From a virus, in the IMG/VR virus record IMGVR_UViG_3300037493_004064, positions 23,737-87,736 of that record: a stretch of 64,000 nucleotides of DNA. One strand, 5' to 3'. Of the stretch, positions 1 to 8,978 are shown one piece after another. Under the pieces are notes generated by a model. The model was not told the origin of the DNA and made no database searches. It saw nothing but the letters and a program-made list of their open reading frames with translations. The position numbers were made by a program, and so were the translations under genes. How positions within the stretch are numbered: position 1 is the first letter of the stretch; every line of letters begins with the position of its first letter.

Positions 1-583
1 CGTGGTCTTTATTGAACACCCCACTTTCTAAATCACCCTGCCAGTGAGACTTGCCAACGCAGAAGAATGTGTTATTTTGGTCAATTTTATAGTGTTGAAA
101 CGGTGGGAAGTTTACCTTTACATGAACCATGTCATCTACTTCTGCTTTGGTCACGTTGTCTTCCAGATCAGCAAACTTCTCATCAGGGTCAGCCTCTTCA
201 AACTCAAATATGTCCTTGGCCGTTTTCTTTTTTACCGTTTTCCTGGGTTGTTTTGGTGCCACTGGGACATGGGTCCAAGTCATCACCCTAAATACTAAGT
301 CAGTCGTTAGAATATCTGCTGCCTTGACTGAATCTTTGACTCCGGCTTCCTGGCTCAGACGGATTGCCCGGTTTTCTTTGGCCAACTGAATACTTTCGGG
401 ACGAAACGCATACGCCAAACTTTCATCAAGTGGCGCCTGGGGCATATCCACAATCATATCATACCGATGGACTTCCGGGTCCGTGAAGTGACAGTAGGTG
501 TTTTTGCTGGTATGTATTTCTTTCAGAATATCACGATTATTCAGATAATTGACTGGTTTCCTTGGTGCTGGTAGTAGTGACAT
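1..583 (-). CDS. gp55: T4 gp55-like late-transcription sigma factor (5' part; runs off the left edge, not in ORF track)
   Basis: Hand translation from ATG at 583: MSLLPAPRKPVNYLNNRDILKEIHTSKNTYC...DLVFRVMTWTHVP...KVNFPPFQHY...VGKSHWQG...FNKDH, with no stop to position 1. NYLNN.DIL.EI resembles the gp55 N-terminal motif. AAGGA Shine-Dalgarno upstream. TAAATA late promoters occur throughout the window. Confidence 0.72.
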   Translation of the reverse strand, partial: MSLLPAPRKPVNYLNNRDILKEIHTSKNTYCHFTDPEVHRYDMIVDMPQAPLDESLAYAFRPESIQLAKENRAIRLSQEAGVKDSVKAADILTTDLVFRVMTWTHVPVAPKQPRKTVKKKTAKDIFEFEEADPDEKFADLEDNVTKAEVDDMVHVKVNFPPFQHYKIDQNNTFFCVGKSHWQGDLESGVFNKDH

Positions 584-609
584 AGTTTTCCTTATTATTA
601 TGCCATGTT

Positions 610-638
610 ATTATAGCATACTCCAAACCAGAAAGCAA
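610..638 (-). promoter_or_regulatory. sigma70-type promoter for the gp55-like gene
   Basis: Minus strand reads TTGCTT (638-633), a 17-nt spacer, then TATAAT (615-610) with an extended -10 TGn. Confidence 0.75.
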
Positions 639-669
639 GCCTTCAGTAAAAATAGTGGTATTTTCCGCT

Positions 670-677
670 GATAAATA
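670..677 (+). promoter_or_regulatory. T4-like late promoter (GATAAATA)
   Basis: Intergenic, followed by AGGA and the ATG at 696; heads the baseplate operon. Confidence 0.75.
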
Positions 678-695
678 CTAATAGGAAACATTATC

Positions 696-2402
696 ATGGC
701 AACCGCACCGACAATCCAACTAACATCATTGCCGTTCCCGCAGCAAGTAGTCATAGCTACAAACGGCACTTTGACCACGTTCGGAGTAACGCCAACTGCT
801 AAGACTGCATTTATAAATGCCGCTATCGACCGGTTTAACGCAATGATATCTTCATTTTCAGTTCTCACCGCAGCCGGAATAAGTTTTGATTCCACTATAA
901 ACGCTGAAACAGCGGCATCAATCCTCAAGTATCTACCCCCGGGGTATTCGGTTAATACTGCTACTTATCGGCAGGTCCTTGAGGTATCACAACAAGTTTT
1001 GGTAAACCTACAGCAGTATAAGGCAAATCCGGCATCAATACCCAATCTGGTCACGGTCACTGCTGTGCCTGCTCCCACTTTCGTGGCAGTATCAGCGCCG
1101 GCGCCAGTATCATCTAACAACACTCTGTCAACCGTATTGGGAGTCGGAGCAGCAGCACTCGGCGCTATAGCATTAGTTAAAGCCTTTACCCCGCAGGCGG
1201 CGCCTGCAGAAGTTGCTCCAGCATCTGATCCGGCAGTTAATCAGTATATTCCGGTTGACAATGAAGATATACCAATAGATCAAGCACAAGCAGAAGATTT
1301 CGGCGGAACTGATGAAGCAATAGCGGAACAAGAGCGAATTCAATCTTTTGAACCAGCGCCCACAGACGAAGAAATACAAGCGGCAGATATAGCGATGGAT
1401 GAGGCAATTCAGGCCCAACAGGAAGCAGATCAAGATTATGCCTTCAGCACTGGATACGATAACGTCCAAGATCAAAAAGATGCCGAGAATCAACGGGCCC
1501 TTGACCAAATAGAAGCGGAACAGATTGCAGCGGATGAACAGGCTGTTAGAGAAGCCGATTCGGAATTGCTCAGAGAAAGTCGTCGTGGCCTAACATCTGA
1601 AAAGGCCGAAACTCAGGCAACTGCCAATGCACAAGATGCCACTAACTTCCAAGCAAAAGAAGACTGGCGAGTTCGGTTGAGTTTATCACCCGGCGCCAAC
1701 TATCTTTATAAGGCAAAGGGTGCCGAAGGAATTCTGTTACCGCTTGTTGCCACTGACGGTGTCATCTTCCCGTATACTCCTAATATTGTAGTGGTGTACG
1801 CCGCCCACTACGAGCCGACTACGCTGACTCACTCCAACTATAAGATATTCCAATATGGTTCAAGTAGTGTGGATAATGTGACGATCACTGCGGAATTTAC
1901 TGCTCAAGATACATTTGAGGCAAACTATCTACTGGCAGTCATTCACTTTTTCAGGTCAGTGACTAAGATGTTCTACGGTAATGATACGGATCCGCTGAAT
2001 GGCACACCACCTCCGCTTTGTTATCTATCAGGTTTAGGTGAATATCAATTTGATGCCCACCCGTTGGTCATTACATCTTTCAACTACACCCTGCCGACTG
2101 ACGTTGATTATGTAAGAGCGGGTGTTGGTAGTGCCGCATCGCCGGCTAAAGTCAACAATATATCAGCATCAACTACTCGCCTTGGTCCGAACCTAACTCC
2201 CGGTGGGCTTTCTGCCCCACCTGCATTTAGTTCATCAACTCCTTATACCAAGCCAACTTATGTCCCGACTAAAATGCAAATATCTATTTCGGCATACCCA
2301 GTCGTAACACGAAGCGACATCAGCAATAACTTTAGCCTGACGAAATATGCCACAGGCGAGTTGCTACAAGGAACAAAACGTAAAGGTGGAGGTATTTGGT
2401 AA
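696..2402 (+). CDS. baseplate/tail-tube initiator-like protein (gp48/gp54-like C-terminal domain) with long low-complexity N-terminus
   Basis: C-terminal DWRVRLSL...GVIFPYTP...THSNY...PPPLCYLSGLG...PLVITSFNYTLP resembles tube-fold baseplate proteins; lies just before the gp53/gp27/gp5-like genes. Confidence 0.55.
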   Translation: MATAPTIQLTSLPFPQQVVIATNGTLTTFGVTPTAKTAFINAAIDRFNAMISSFSVLTAAGISFDSTINAETAASILKYLPPGYSVNTATYRQVLEVSQQVLVNLQQYKANPASIPNLVTVTAVPAPTFVAVSAPAPVSSNNTLSTVLGVGAAALGAIALVKAFTPQAAPAEVAPASDPAVNQYIPVDNEDIPIDQAQAEDFGGTDEAIAEQERIQSFEPAPTDEEIQAADIAMDEAIQAQQEADQDYAFSTGYDNVQDQKDAENQRALDQIEAEQIAADEQAVREADSELLRESRRGLTSEKAETQATANAQDATNFQAKEDWRVRLSLSPGANYLYKAKGAEGILLPLVATDGVIFPYTPNIVVVYAAHYEPTTLTHSNYKIFQYGSSSVDNVTITAEFTAQDTFEANYLLAVIHFFRSVTKMFYGNDTDPLNGTPPPLCYLSGLGEYQFDAHPLVITSFNYTLPTDVDYVRAGVGSAASPAKVNNISASTTRLGPNLTPGGLSAPPAFSSSTPYTKPTYVPTKMQISISAYPVVTRSDISNNFSLTKYATGELLQGTKRKGGGIW

Positions 2403-2701
2403 TGTCATATCCAGCAACAAGCCCGTATTATCTCACTGATGTAACTAATGGCAACTATTTAGATGTCATGCAGAATCGTCCGATACCAAGTCAACCAGGA
2501 GATGTATACTGGGAGATTACTCCGGTTTATAATTTGCGTCCTGATCTGCTGGCATATGACCTATACACAGATTCCAGACTATGGTGGGTATTTGGAAGCA
2601 GAAATCCAAATAGACTTGCCGATCCGTTTTTTGATTTTGTCACTGGAGTTGGCATCTATCTACCAACCTCTACTACACTCCAGACTGCATTAGGATTCTA
2701 A
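2402..2701 (+). CDS. baseplate wedge protein, gp53/LysM-like
   Basis: RPDLLAYDLY.DSRLWWVF..RN motif. Start placed at ATG 2402 (TAATG overlap) rather than TTG 2396. Confidence 0.75.
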   Translation: MSYPATSPYYLTDVTNGNYLDVMQNRPIPSQPGDVYWEITPVYNLRPDLLAYDLYTDSRLWWVFGSRNPNRLADPFFDFVTGVGIYLPTSTTLQTALGF

Positions 2702-2702
2702 A

Positions 2703-4958
2703 ATGCCTGACCAACTTATCGGTGCAGCAGACGGAGATAAAGGTGGAGATAAAGGCGGAAGTGCATTTACCACCAATGTAACTCCTGTAACCAGCACAAC
2801 TACGTTTGCCCCGGTGACTATTGTAGGCAAGCGACTACCTAAACGACCTAATAATCCACTTAGTAATTTCTCAAGTTCAACGTATCACCTGACTTTATAC
2901 ATGGTGTCACCGGACGCATATAATGCCTTCGTTCAATCCGGCCGAAAGAATATAAATGCCAAGACGCCCGGGGCATATATCATTGCCCAGAGCGGTGGCA
3001 CACCAAAATCAGACCCATCAACTAGAGCATCCGGATTTGAATTAGATTTCTACCTGGACAACCTAAAAATAACCACAGTGCTTCCTGCAGCAAGCCCGAC
3101 TACAACCGCTCTATCATTCAGCATCACAGAACCGTATGGGTTCTCGTTCATCACCAAATTAAATCAGGCACTGGCCACGATACGAAATGTTTCAACAATA
3201 CCAGGATACAGCACATCAACTGCCACATTCAATCCGACTCGGCAGTTTTTCATCCTGACAGTTGGTTTCAGGGGATACAATTCCAATGGTAAGGTAATGA
3301 CCAATTCAGATATTGCCAGTCAAAACGCATTGACTACTGAATCAGGGGCTGTGTTCGATCACTTCTATGAGATAATTATTACTTCAATGAAGTTTAAGTT
3401 GGACGGCAAAGAGACAAAGTATGATATAACCGCAGCAACTCTGGCGCCTACAACATCGTTTGGTATCAACAGGGGAACAGTGGCCGAAGATATCACCGTT
3501 GTTGCCGAGTATGTTGCTGATGCCATTGGTGGGAATATAGATTCAGATAATGATCCACCAGGAATCCATGGGTTGCTGACACAGATCAATGATGCTCAGA
3601 AAAAACTGCTTAATCCACCAGTTGATGTGAAAAACAATAAGTCAGACGCCTCAAAACCTAAACTAACTTACCCTAATATTTACAAAGTTAAATGGGCCGG
3701 TAGCGACACTGATCAGGCAACATTCAAAAAAGCCACACTGAAAAGCCCAGCCGATACATCTAAAGAAAATTCACCCGGAGTCACAATTAGTAACTCATCG
3801 GGGTCAACTGAGAAAGCAGCACAAAAAGCCGCACTGAATGTCAATGTTAAGAACGTCATGATCAGAAGTGGAACCTCTATTATTGCTGCAATAACGCAGA
3901 TTATGAAGTTCAGTTCTTGGGTTGAAGATTCGTTAAAGATTATACAAGCAAGCAAGCCGGAACAAGATTCTGAAACTGAAAATGCCGAAACAATCACTGC
4001 AAAAGCAGAGTATAAGTGGTTTAACATAAGTTCCGACGTTGAAATAATCGGATGGAATGATCAGCAGAATGACTTCGCCTATAAAATAACTTACACCATC
4101 GGGCCGTACGCCATTCCAGCAACGGCGACATCATTCTCTAAAGCACCTAAAAAATATTACGGGGCCTACAAAAGATATGACTATTGGCTCACCGGAAAAA
4201 ATTCCGAAGTGATAAAAATTGAACAGCAATTTGACAATGCTTATTTTAACACTATGTTTATGGGCGAGGGTGGCAACGACGGTGTCAGTAATAATCCAAA
4301 CTTTAAAACTAATGTGGAGCAACAGGGACGAGAGGGAGTCGGAACCGTAAACGTAGATGCCACTATAACCAGGCTGAGAGACCCTAATGCCTACACCAAA
4401 ACAAAGATACAAATTCTTGGCGACCCTGATTATCTGATGCCTGATTCATCCCAGTCCTCTGGTTACTATACTGAGGATGGCTACACCCTAAACCCATCGG
4501 GTGGTCAGCAGTTCATTGAGATTTCGTATAAAGAGGCGCAAGATTATATGAACAGCACAGGAACTTTGAAAGTTAACGGCAATATTGAATTTTTCCCATA
4601 CTCAAAAGCCGTTCGTGATGAACTCAAAGGAGCAATGAGTTACATGTTAGTGAGTGTTGTAAGCACCTTTAGTAAAGGTTCTTTCACGCAGGATCTAACC
4701 ACCGCAATTAATACATTTCCTAACTACGCTTCTGCTGCCCTTACGACACCTGAACGCGGAGCAAGTTCTGAGGGGGACACTGGAGGAGAAGCAGCAGCAA
4801 AAGCCAACATGACCGGAACCACATTAAATAGTGCATTGACGAGTAATGTGCAAGCAGTAGTTGATAAAGTTTCCTCGGTGACAATACCTACACAGACTGG
4901 TCAGGTCGCGGACGATGATGCGGCCCCGTCACAGGCAGACAATGCCGGAGCATATTAA
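2703..4958 (+). CDS. baseplate hub protein (gp27-like)
   Basis: 751 aa between the gp53-like and gp5-like genes; C-terminal I.ILGDPDYL...Y....V.STFSKGSFTQ.L is typical of hub proteins. Confidence 0.55.
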   Translation: MPDQLIGAADGDKGGDKGGSAFTTNVTPVTSTTTFAPVTIVGKRLPKRPNNPLSNFSSSTYHLTLYMVSPDAYNAFVQSGRKNINAKTPGAYIIAQSGGTPKSDPSTRASGFELDFYLDNLKITTVLPAASPTTTALSFSITEPYGFSFITKLNQALATIRNVSTIPGYSTSTATFNPTRQFFILTVGFRGYNSNGKVMTNSDIASQNALTTESGAVFDHFYEIIITSMKFKLDGKETKYDITAATLAPTTSFGINRGTVAEDITVVAEYVADAIGGNIDSDNDPPGIHGLLTQINDAQKKLLNPPVDVKNNKSDASKPKLTYPNIYKVKWAGSDTDQATFKKATLKSPADTSKENSPGVTISNSSGSTEKAAQKAALNVNVKNVMIRSGTSIIAAITQIMKFSSWVEDSLKIIQASKPEQDSETENAETITAKAEYKWFNISSDVEIIGWNDQQNDFAYKITYTIGPYAIPATATSFSKAPKKYYGAYKRYDYWLTGKNSEVIKIEQQFDNAYFNTMFMGEGGNDGVSNNPNFKTNVEQQGREGVGTVNVDATITRLRDPNAYTKTKIQILGDPDYLMPDSSQSSGYYTEDGYTLNPSGGQQFIEISYKEAQDYMNSTGTLKVNGNIEFFPYSKAVRDELKGAMSYMLVSVVSTFSKGSFTQDLTTAINTFPNYASAALTTPERGASSEGDTGGEAAAKANMTGTTLNSALTSNVQAVVDKVSSVTIPTQTGQVADDDAAPSQADNAGAY

Positions 4959-6461
4959 ATGGCAACTAACATAATTAAACCACAGGGCGTCCCAAAAGCC
5001 TTTACACCAGAAGCAGGCGGCGCCAACCCACGCATGGCCCCGTTGATCGGCATTGTAAAGGACAACATTGATCCTATACGCGCAGGAAGAATATGGGTTT
5101 ACCTATCTGAGTTCGGTGGCAAAGATCCAAACGACAGCAGGTCCTGGACTCCAGTAAGTTACATGAGTCCCTTCTACGGACTTACGAAGGCTACTGGCCC
5201 ATCCTCTCCGGAGTCATATGGAGACTACAAAAAGAATCCGGTGTCGTATGGTATGTGGACCAGCCCACCTGATATCGGAACTCAAGTAATTTGTCTTTTC
5301 ATCAAGGGCGACCCGAACTATGGCTACTACATTGGGTGTATTCCAGAGGCAGAGGCTCTACACATGGTTCCTGCTATTGGTGGCAGCACTAAAGTCACGA
5401 TGAATCCTGGTGAGGCAAAGAGTTACGGCGGCGCCACTGTGCTACCGGTGACTAATATGAATACAAATAACTTGACAAAGTCAAATTCATCTGAGTTCCT
5501 CAAGACACCAAAACCCGTTCATAGTTACGTTGCTGCTGCTCTTGCACAACAGGGACTAATAAGAGACCCTATCCGCGGCGTCATAGGAAGTTCATCTCAG
5601 CGAGAATCCCCATCGAGGGTGGGTTGGGGAGTTAGCACTCCTGGCAGACCAATTTATCAAGGTGGATTCACTGATGAATCAATTCTAAGTTCTGCTGCAA
5701 CCGCACAGGACACTGATCTTGCAGTCGTTTCTCGTCGGGCAGGACACACCCTGGTCATGGACGATGGTGACATTCAAGGAAGAGACCAACTCATCAGAAT
5801 ACGAACCTCACTTGGTCATCAGATATTGATGAGCGATGACGGTCAGTGCCTTTTCATTGCCCATGCCAATGGGCAGACATGGATTGAGTTAGGCAAAGAA
5901 GGCACCATTGATATGTATGCCAGCAACAGCGTAAACATCAGAACACAGGGTGATTTGAATCTTCATGCTGACAACAACATAAACATAAATGCCGCCAAAG
6001 GATTAAATGTATCGGCTGAAACAATCAGGGTTGAATCATCCAAAGAAACTACACAAAAAGTAGGAACAGATTTTAGTTTTTACTCCACTGGTAAATATAC
6101 CGTAAAGGTAGGAGCCGGAATGAGTATGGCCTCGTCCGGTGAGGCATCATATCTTAGTAACTCAACTACTTACATCAATGGCTCCAATGTCAATCTAAAT
6201 ACTGGCGCCGCCGGACTTGTCCCGCAAGATGTAAAACCCATAAAAATACTGGCACATACTGATACCCTATATGATGATGCCAAAGGATTTGCTGCGGCTC
6301 CTGGTAAACTAAAGAGCATTGTATCTCGGGCACCTGCTCATTCACCATGGGCAAGTGCAGGACAAGGGGTCGATGTTAAAGTTAACTTCAGTTCCGGTGA
6401 TTCTCTCCCTGGCGAACCATCTCCGGCGACAGTAGATGCGAATAAGGCGGCAGGACTATGA
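4959..6461 (+). CDS. baseplate spike gp5-like (OB-fold plus beta-helix)
   Basis: GIVKDNIDPIRAGRIWV...PPDIGTQVIC.F..GDPN.GYYIG (gp5/VgrG OB-fold); GHTLVMDD, GHQILMSD and beta-helix repeats. Confidence 0.8.
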   Translation: MATNIIKPQGVPKAFTPEAGGANPRMAPLIGIVKDNIDPIRAGRIWVYLSEFGGKDPNDSRSWTPVSYMSPFYGLTKATGPSSPESYGDYKKNPVSYGMWTSPPDIGTQVICLFIKGDPNYGYYIGCIPEAEALHMVPAIGGSTKVTMNPGEAKSYGGATVLPVTNMNTNNLTKSNSSEFLKTPKPVHSYVAAALAQQGLIRDPIRGVIGSSSQRESPSRVGWGVSTPGRPIYQGGFTDESILSSAATAQDTDLAVVSRRAGHTLVMDDGDIQGRDQLIRIRTSLGHQILMSDDGQCLFIAHANGQTWIELGKEGTIDMYASNSVNIRTQGDLNLHADNNININAAKGLNVSAETIRVESSKETTQKVGTDFSFYSTGKYTVKVGAGMSMASSGEASYLSNSTTYINGSNVNLNTGAAGLVPQDVKPIKILAHTDTLYDDAKGFAAAPGKLKSIVSRAPAHSPWASAGQGVDVKVNFSSGDSLPGEPSPATVDANKAAGL

Positions 6462-7156
6462 CCCGTGTAACAACTGCTGTAATTGCCACTGCACCATCAT
6501 TGGAGCCGGTGAGTGACTCCATTGACCGAAATACCACCTCAGCATTAGTGGCGTCTGTATCTACTATCATCGGGCAAAATCCGCTCCTTACTACTCAATA
6601 TCCAAACTGGCAGAATCTTGGATATCAAACTATCTCTCTAAATGGATCGGGCAGTGCCCCATATACCGTAGTTGTTGGTAAGTTCGGACTGAGTCCGGCC
6701 CAACTTGAAAATGCCGGTATACTAAAGTTCGGGTCAGCCGCTCTTATTATAAAGTTGGTGAATGCCGGAAAAGCAGTTGACAAAGTAATGACACCCAACA
6801 TGTTCACTGGAAAGGGCGGGGTGCATTCCCTTCTGGCTCTGGTAAATAGTATATCAGCACAAACTATGGTTATGGTTGCAAACCTTAGACAGTCTCAGTC
6901 AGCACTCGCATCTGCTGGAGTATTAACTGGGGGAGAAGACCCGACTCAAATATCCGGTCTGGTAATGTCCGGTGCCACAGTTGGTGTTGCTGCCACAGTT
7001 GATTTCGTCAAGAACTCCACTAAACCATCTGCTCTTGCAACGATAACGCAGACACTCGGGCAGACGATTAATAGAAATCTACTCGCTACTTTTCCGAGCA
7101 CTGGGCGAGCATTTGGTGGAACATCTTCTACTGGAATAGGGAGTAACTCAGGATAA
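6458..7156 (+). CDS. gp5-associated virion protein, possibly a degenerate lysozyme-like domain
   Basis: ATGA-coupled to gp5; contains VGKFGLSPAQLENAG...FTGKGGVHSL. Confidence 0.45.
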   Translation: MTRVTTAVIATAPSLEPVSDSIDRNTTSALVASVSTIIGQNPLLTTQYPNWQNLGYQTISLNGSGSAPYTVVVGKFGLSPAQLENAGILKFGSAALIIKLVNAGKAVDKVMTPNMFTGKGGVHSLLALVNSISAQTMVMVANLRQSQSALASAGVLTGGEDPTQISGLVMSGATVGVAATVDFVKNSTKPSALATITQTLGQTINRNLLATFPSTGRAFGGTSSTGIGSNSG

Positions 7157-8358
7157 TGCCAACTATGCCCACACTTAACTCATTAGTCGGTAGCGCAGCC
7201 ACCGCAATCTCTTCTGGTTCATACGCAGGCGTCACGGCAGCGGTTGTCACAGGTGGAGTTGGTTCCATTGCCGCAGGCGTTGGTGCCCTTAGTTCTTCGC
7301 TGAAAATACCATCACTACCAGGATTACCGTCCATGCCAGGTTTGCCAACGCTGCCAGGATTACCATCTTTGCCGAGTATACCCGGCCTGCCATCTATGCC
7401 ATCTCTTGATCTAAAGCAGGGAGTAACCGGTGCTGCATTTTCATCAATTTTAACTAATTGGGGAGAGTTTAAACCTGGAGTAGTCCAAGATTTAGAGAAA
7501 ATTGCAGCCGATAAGACAGCGGCTATGACAAAAGCCGATGGGTCCCTCTCTGGTGCCGCAGGGGGATTGGTCGGATCAGTTACTGGTGCAGTCAGCGGTG
7601 CAGTTAAATCAGTGACAGGCGCCATTAGTGGAATTGCTTCTAAAGTAACAGGTGCCGCAACAGCATCTGGTTCGTTTGCGTCAGGTATTGCCAGTGGAAT
7701 AAATGCTATCCCTGGTGGTCAAAAAGCCATTTCAATCTCGGTAAACAATGCCGTGGGTGCTCTGAATAACATTCCTGGGACAGCCGGAATAACTGCTGCC
7801 ATTGGAAATCCTACTGCCACTGCTGACCTGTTGGCAAGTGTTAAGGCAAGCGGCAGCACATTATCAGCAGCGGCTCTAACTGGAAAATTTTCTTTACCAA
7901 CTCTTCCTAACCTATCGCAGGGTCTACCACAGGGCATGTCAGCATCAGCCATGACAGCATTAACGGCGTCTTTTGGTAGTTCAGGTTTAATTGGGTTGCC
8001 AAAGACTGCATTTGACACCGCCGCAACTAGAGGAGCCATAGCGGCCGCTATGGGAGGTCAGTTAGGACCGGGCATTCAAGTGCCTAACTACTCTGGCAAT
8101 CCAGCAACATTCATGAAAATGCCGTCCGATGAGGAAGCCAAGAAGTATAACGAGAACAAAGAACTCATTGCCCAGGCAACTGATGAGGCGTTTGCTCAGG
8201 CCGTGGTGATGCGTAATGCTCTTGCTGCATACGAAAAGGCAAAGAATGAACTCCCTCAGGGAGATGCACAAATTGATGCAGATAAGGCAACTTGGCTTGC
8301 GGAAATGGCAAAACTAACTGCCCTTGAGAAGAAGGTTGCTGATTTACGAGCAGCATAA
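7156..8358 (+). CDS. Ala/Gly/Ser-rich putative virion protein with Pro-x-Leu repeat and helical C-terminus
   Basis: 400-aa ORF, TAATG-coupled, located between gp5 and gp25. Confidence 0.55.
   Translation: MPTMPTLNSLVGSAATAISSGSYAGVTAAVVTGGVGSIAAGVGALSSSLKIPSLPGLPSMPGLPTLPGLPSLPSIPGLPSMPSLDLKQGVTGAAFSSILTNWGEFKPGVVQDLEKIAADKTAAMTKADGSLSGAAGGLVGSVTGAVSGAVKSVTGAISGIASKVTGAATASGSFASGIASGINAIPGGQKAISISVNNAVGALNNIPGTAGITAAIGNPTATADLLASVKASGSTLSAAALTGKFSLPTLPNLSQGLPQGMSASAMTALTASFGSSGLIGLPKTAFDTAATRGAIAAAMGGQLGPGIQVPNYSGNPATFMKMPSDEEAKKYNENKELIAQATDEAFAQAVVMRNALAAYEKAKNELPQGDAQIDADKATWLAEMAKLTALEKKVADLRAA
7306..7407 (+). repeat. coding tripeptide repeat (P-[S/G/T]-[L/M/I]) x11
   Basis: IPSLPGLPSMPGLPTLPGLPSLPSIPGLPSMPSL. 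Confidence 0.85.
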
Positions 8359-8361
8359 ATA
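8354..8361 (+). promoter_or_regulatory. late promoter (CATAAATA), 4 nt before the gp25 ATG
   Basis: CATAAATA-CCAT-ATG; overlaps the stop codon of the upstream gene. Confidence 0.7.
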
Positions 8362-8365
8362 CCAT

Positions 8366-8815
8366 ATGCCTACATTCATTGGATTTTCTACTATCAACGC
8401 CAACAAACCGCGTTCAACATATCTTCAACCAGGTCCCGCTGGTGGTACTGGTAGTGTTGTGGCGCCAATAATCTATGGCAAAAAGACCACTCTGGTAGAT
8501 GAAAAACTAGTCATCCAAGATTTTGTAAATGCGCTAAATATACCTCAGGGACAAAAAGTAGGTAATCCTGCGTATGGAACCACTCTTTGGACGTTTGTGT
8601 TTGAACCCAATACCGCTGATGTTCAGTTTCAACTTGAGAACGAATTGCGCCGTGTGGCAAACCTTGACTCTCGGCTCATCTTAAATTCCATAAATGCTTA
8701 CACTCAGGAAAACGGTATTCTACTTGAAGTAGAACTTGCTGTGGCGCCCTTTAATAATGCTCAGTCAGTGAGTATTTTCTTCAACAATTTCGACAACACG
8801 GCCTCAATTCAATAA
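8366..8815 (+). CDS. gp25: baseplate wedge/sheath initiator gp25-like
   Basis: LNIPQGQKVGNPAYGTTLWTFVFEP...D.RL is the GPW/gp25 signature; start reassigned to ATG 8366. Confidence 0.85.
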   Translation: MPTFIGFSTINANKPRSTYLQPGPAGGTGSVVAPIIYGKKTTLVDEKLVIQDFVNALNIPQGQKVGNPAYGTTLWTFVFEPNTADVQFQLENELRRVANLDSRLILNSINAYTQENGILLEVELAVAPFNNAQSVSIFFNNFDNTASIQ

Positions 8816-8834
8816 CCAAACGGGGTTTTTGGTT
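8814..8834 (+). terminator. weak hairpin after gp25 (possible terminator or processing site)
   Basis: AACCAAA-CGGGGTT-TTTGGTT inverted repeat; AT-rich stem and no long U-tract. Confidence 0.3.
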
Positions 8835-8837
8835 TAG

Positions 8838-8845
8838 TATAAATA
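8838..8845 (+). promoter_or_regulatory. late promoter, perfect T4 consensus TATAAATA
   Basis: Intergenic, upstream of gp6. Confidence 0.8.
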
Positions 8846-8849
8846 CTCT

Positions 8850-8978
8850 ATTACAAGAGAAAACTTCAATATAGGACCACAATCATCCGCTATTTGTCCG
8901 TATTGTGAAAAAGAAGGTGGAGTATCAAACATGAAACGATATCATTTCAATAACTGCAAGCAGAAAGTAGGAGTATAA
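8850..8978 (+). pseudogene. remnant of a free-standing homing endonuclease gene (C-terminal Cys/His motif only)
   Basis: Frame reads ITRENFNIGPQSSAICPYCEKEGGVSNMKRYHFNNCKQKVGV*. CPxCxKxG..NMKRYHFxNCK is the tail motif seen on phage GIY-YIG/HNH endonucleases. Its stop overlaps the gp6 ATG. Confidence 0.7.

Noticed and set aside
44-389. Short + strand ORFs at the left edge
   Set aside because: They are shadows of the minus-strand gp55-like gene, which has a promoter and Shine-Dalgarno.
2733-2756. 12-bp tandem duplication (GGAGATAAAGGT/C) near the hub gene start
   Set aside because: Only two copies, encoding GDKG twice in a disordered N-terminus; no sign of function.
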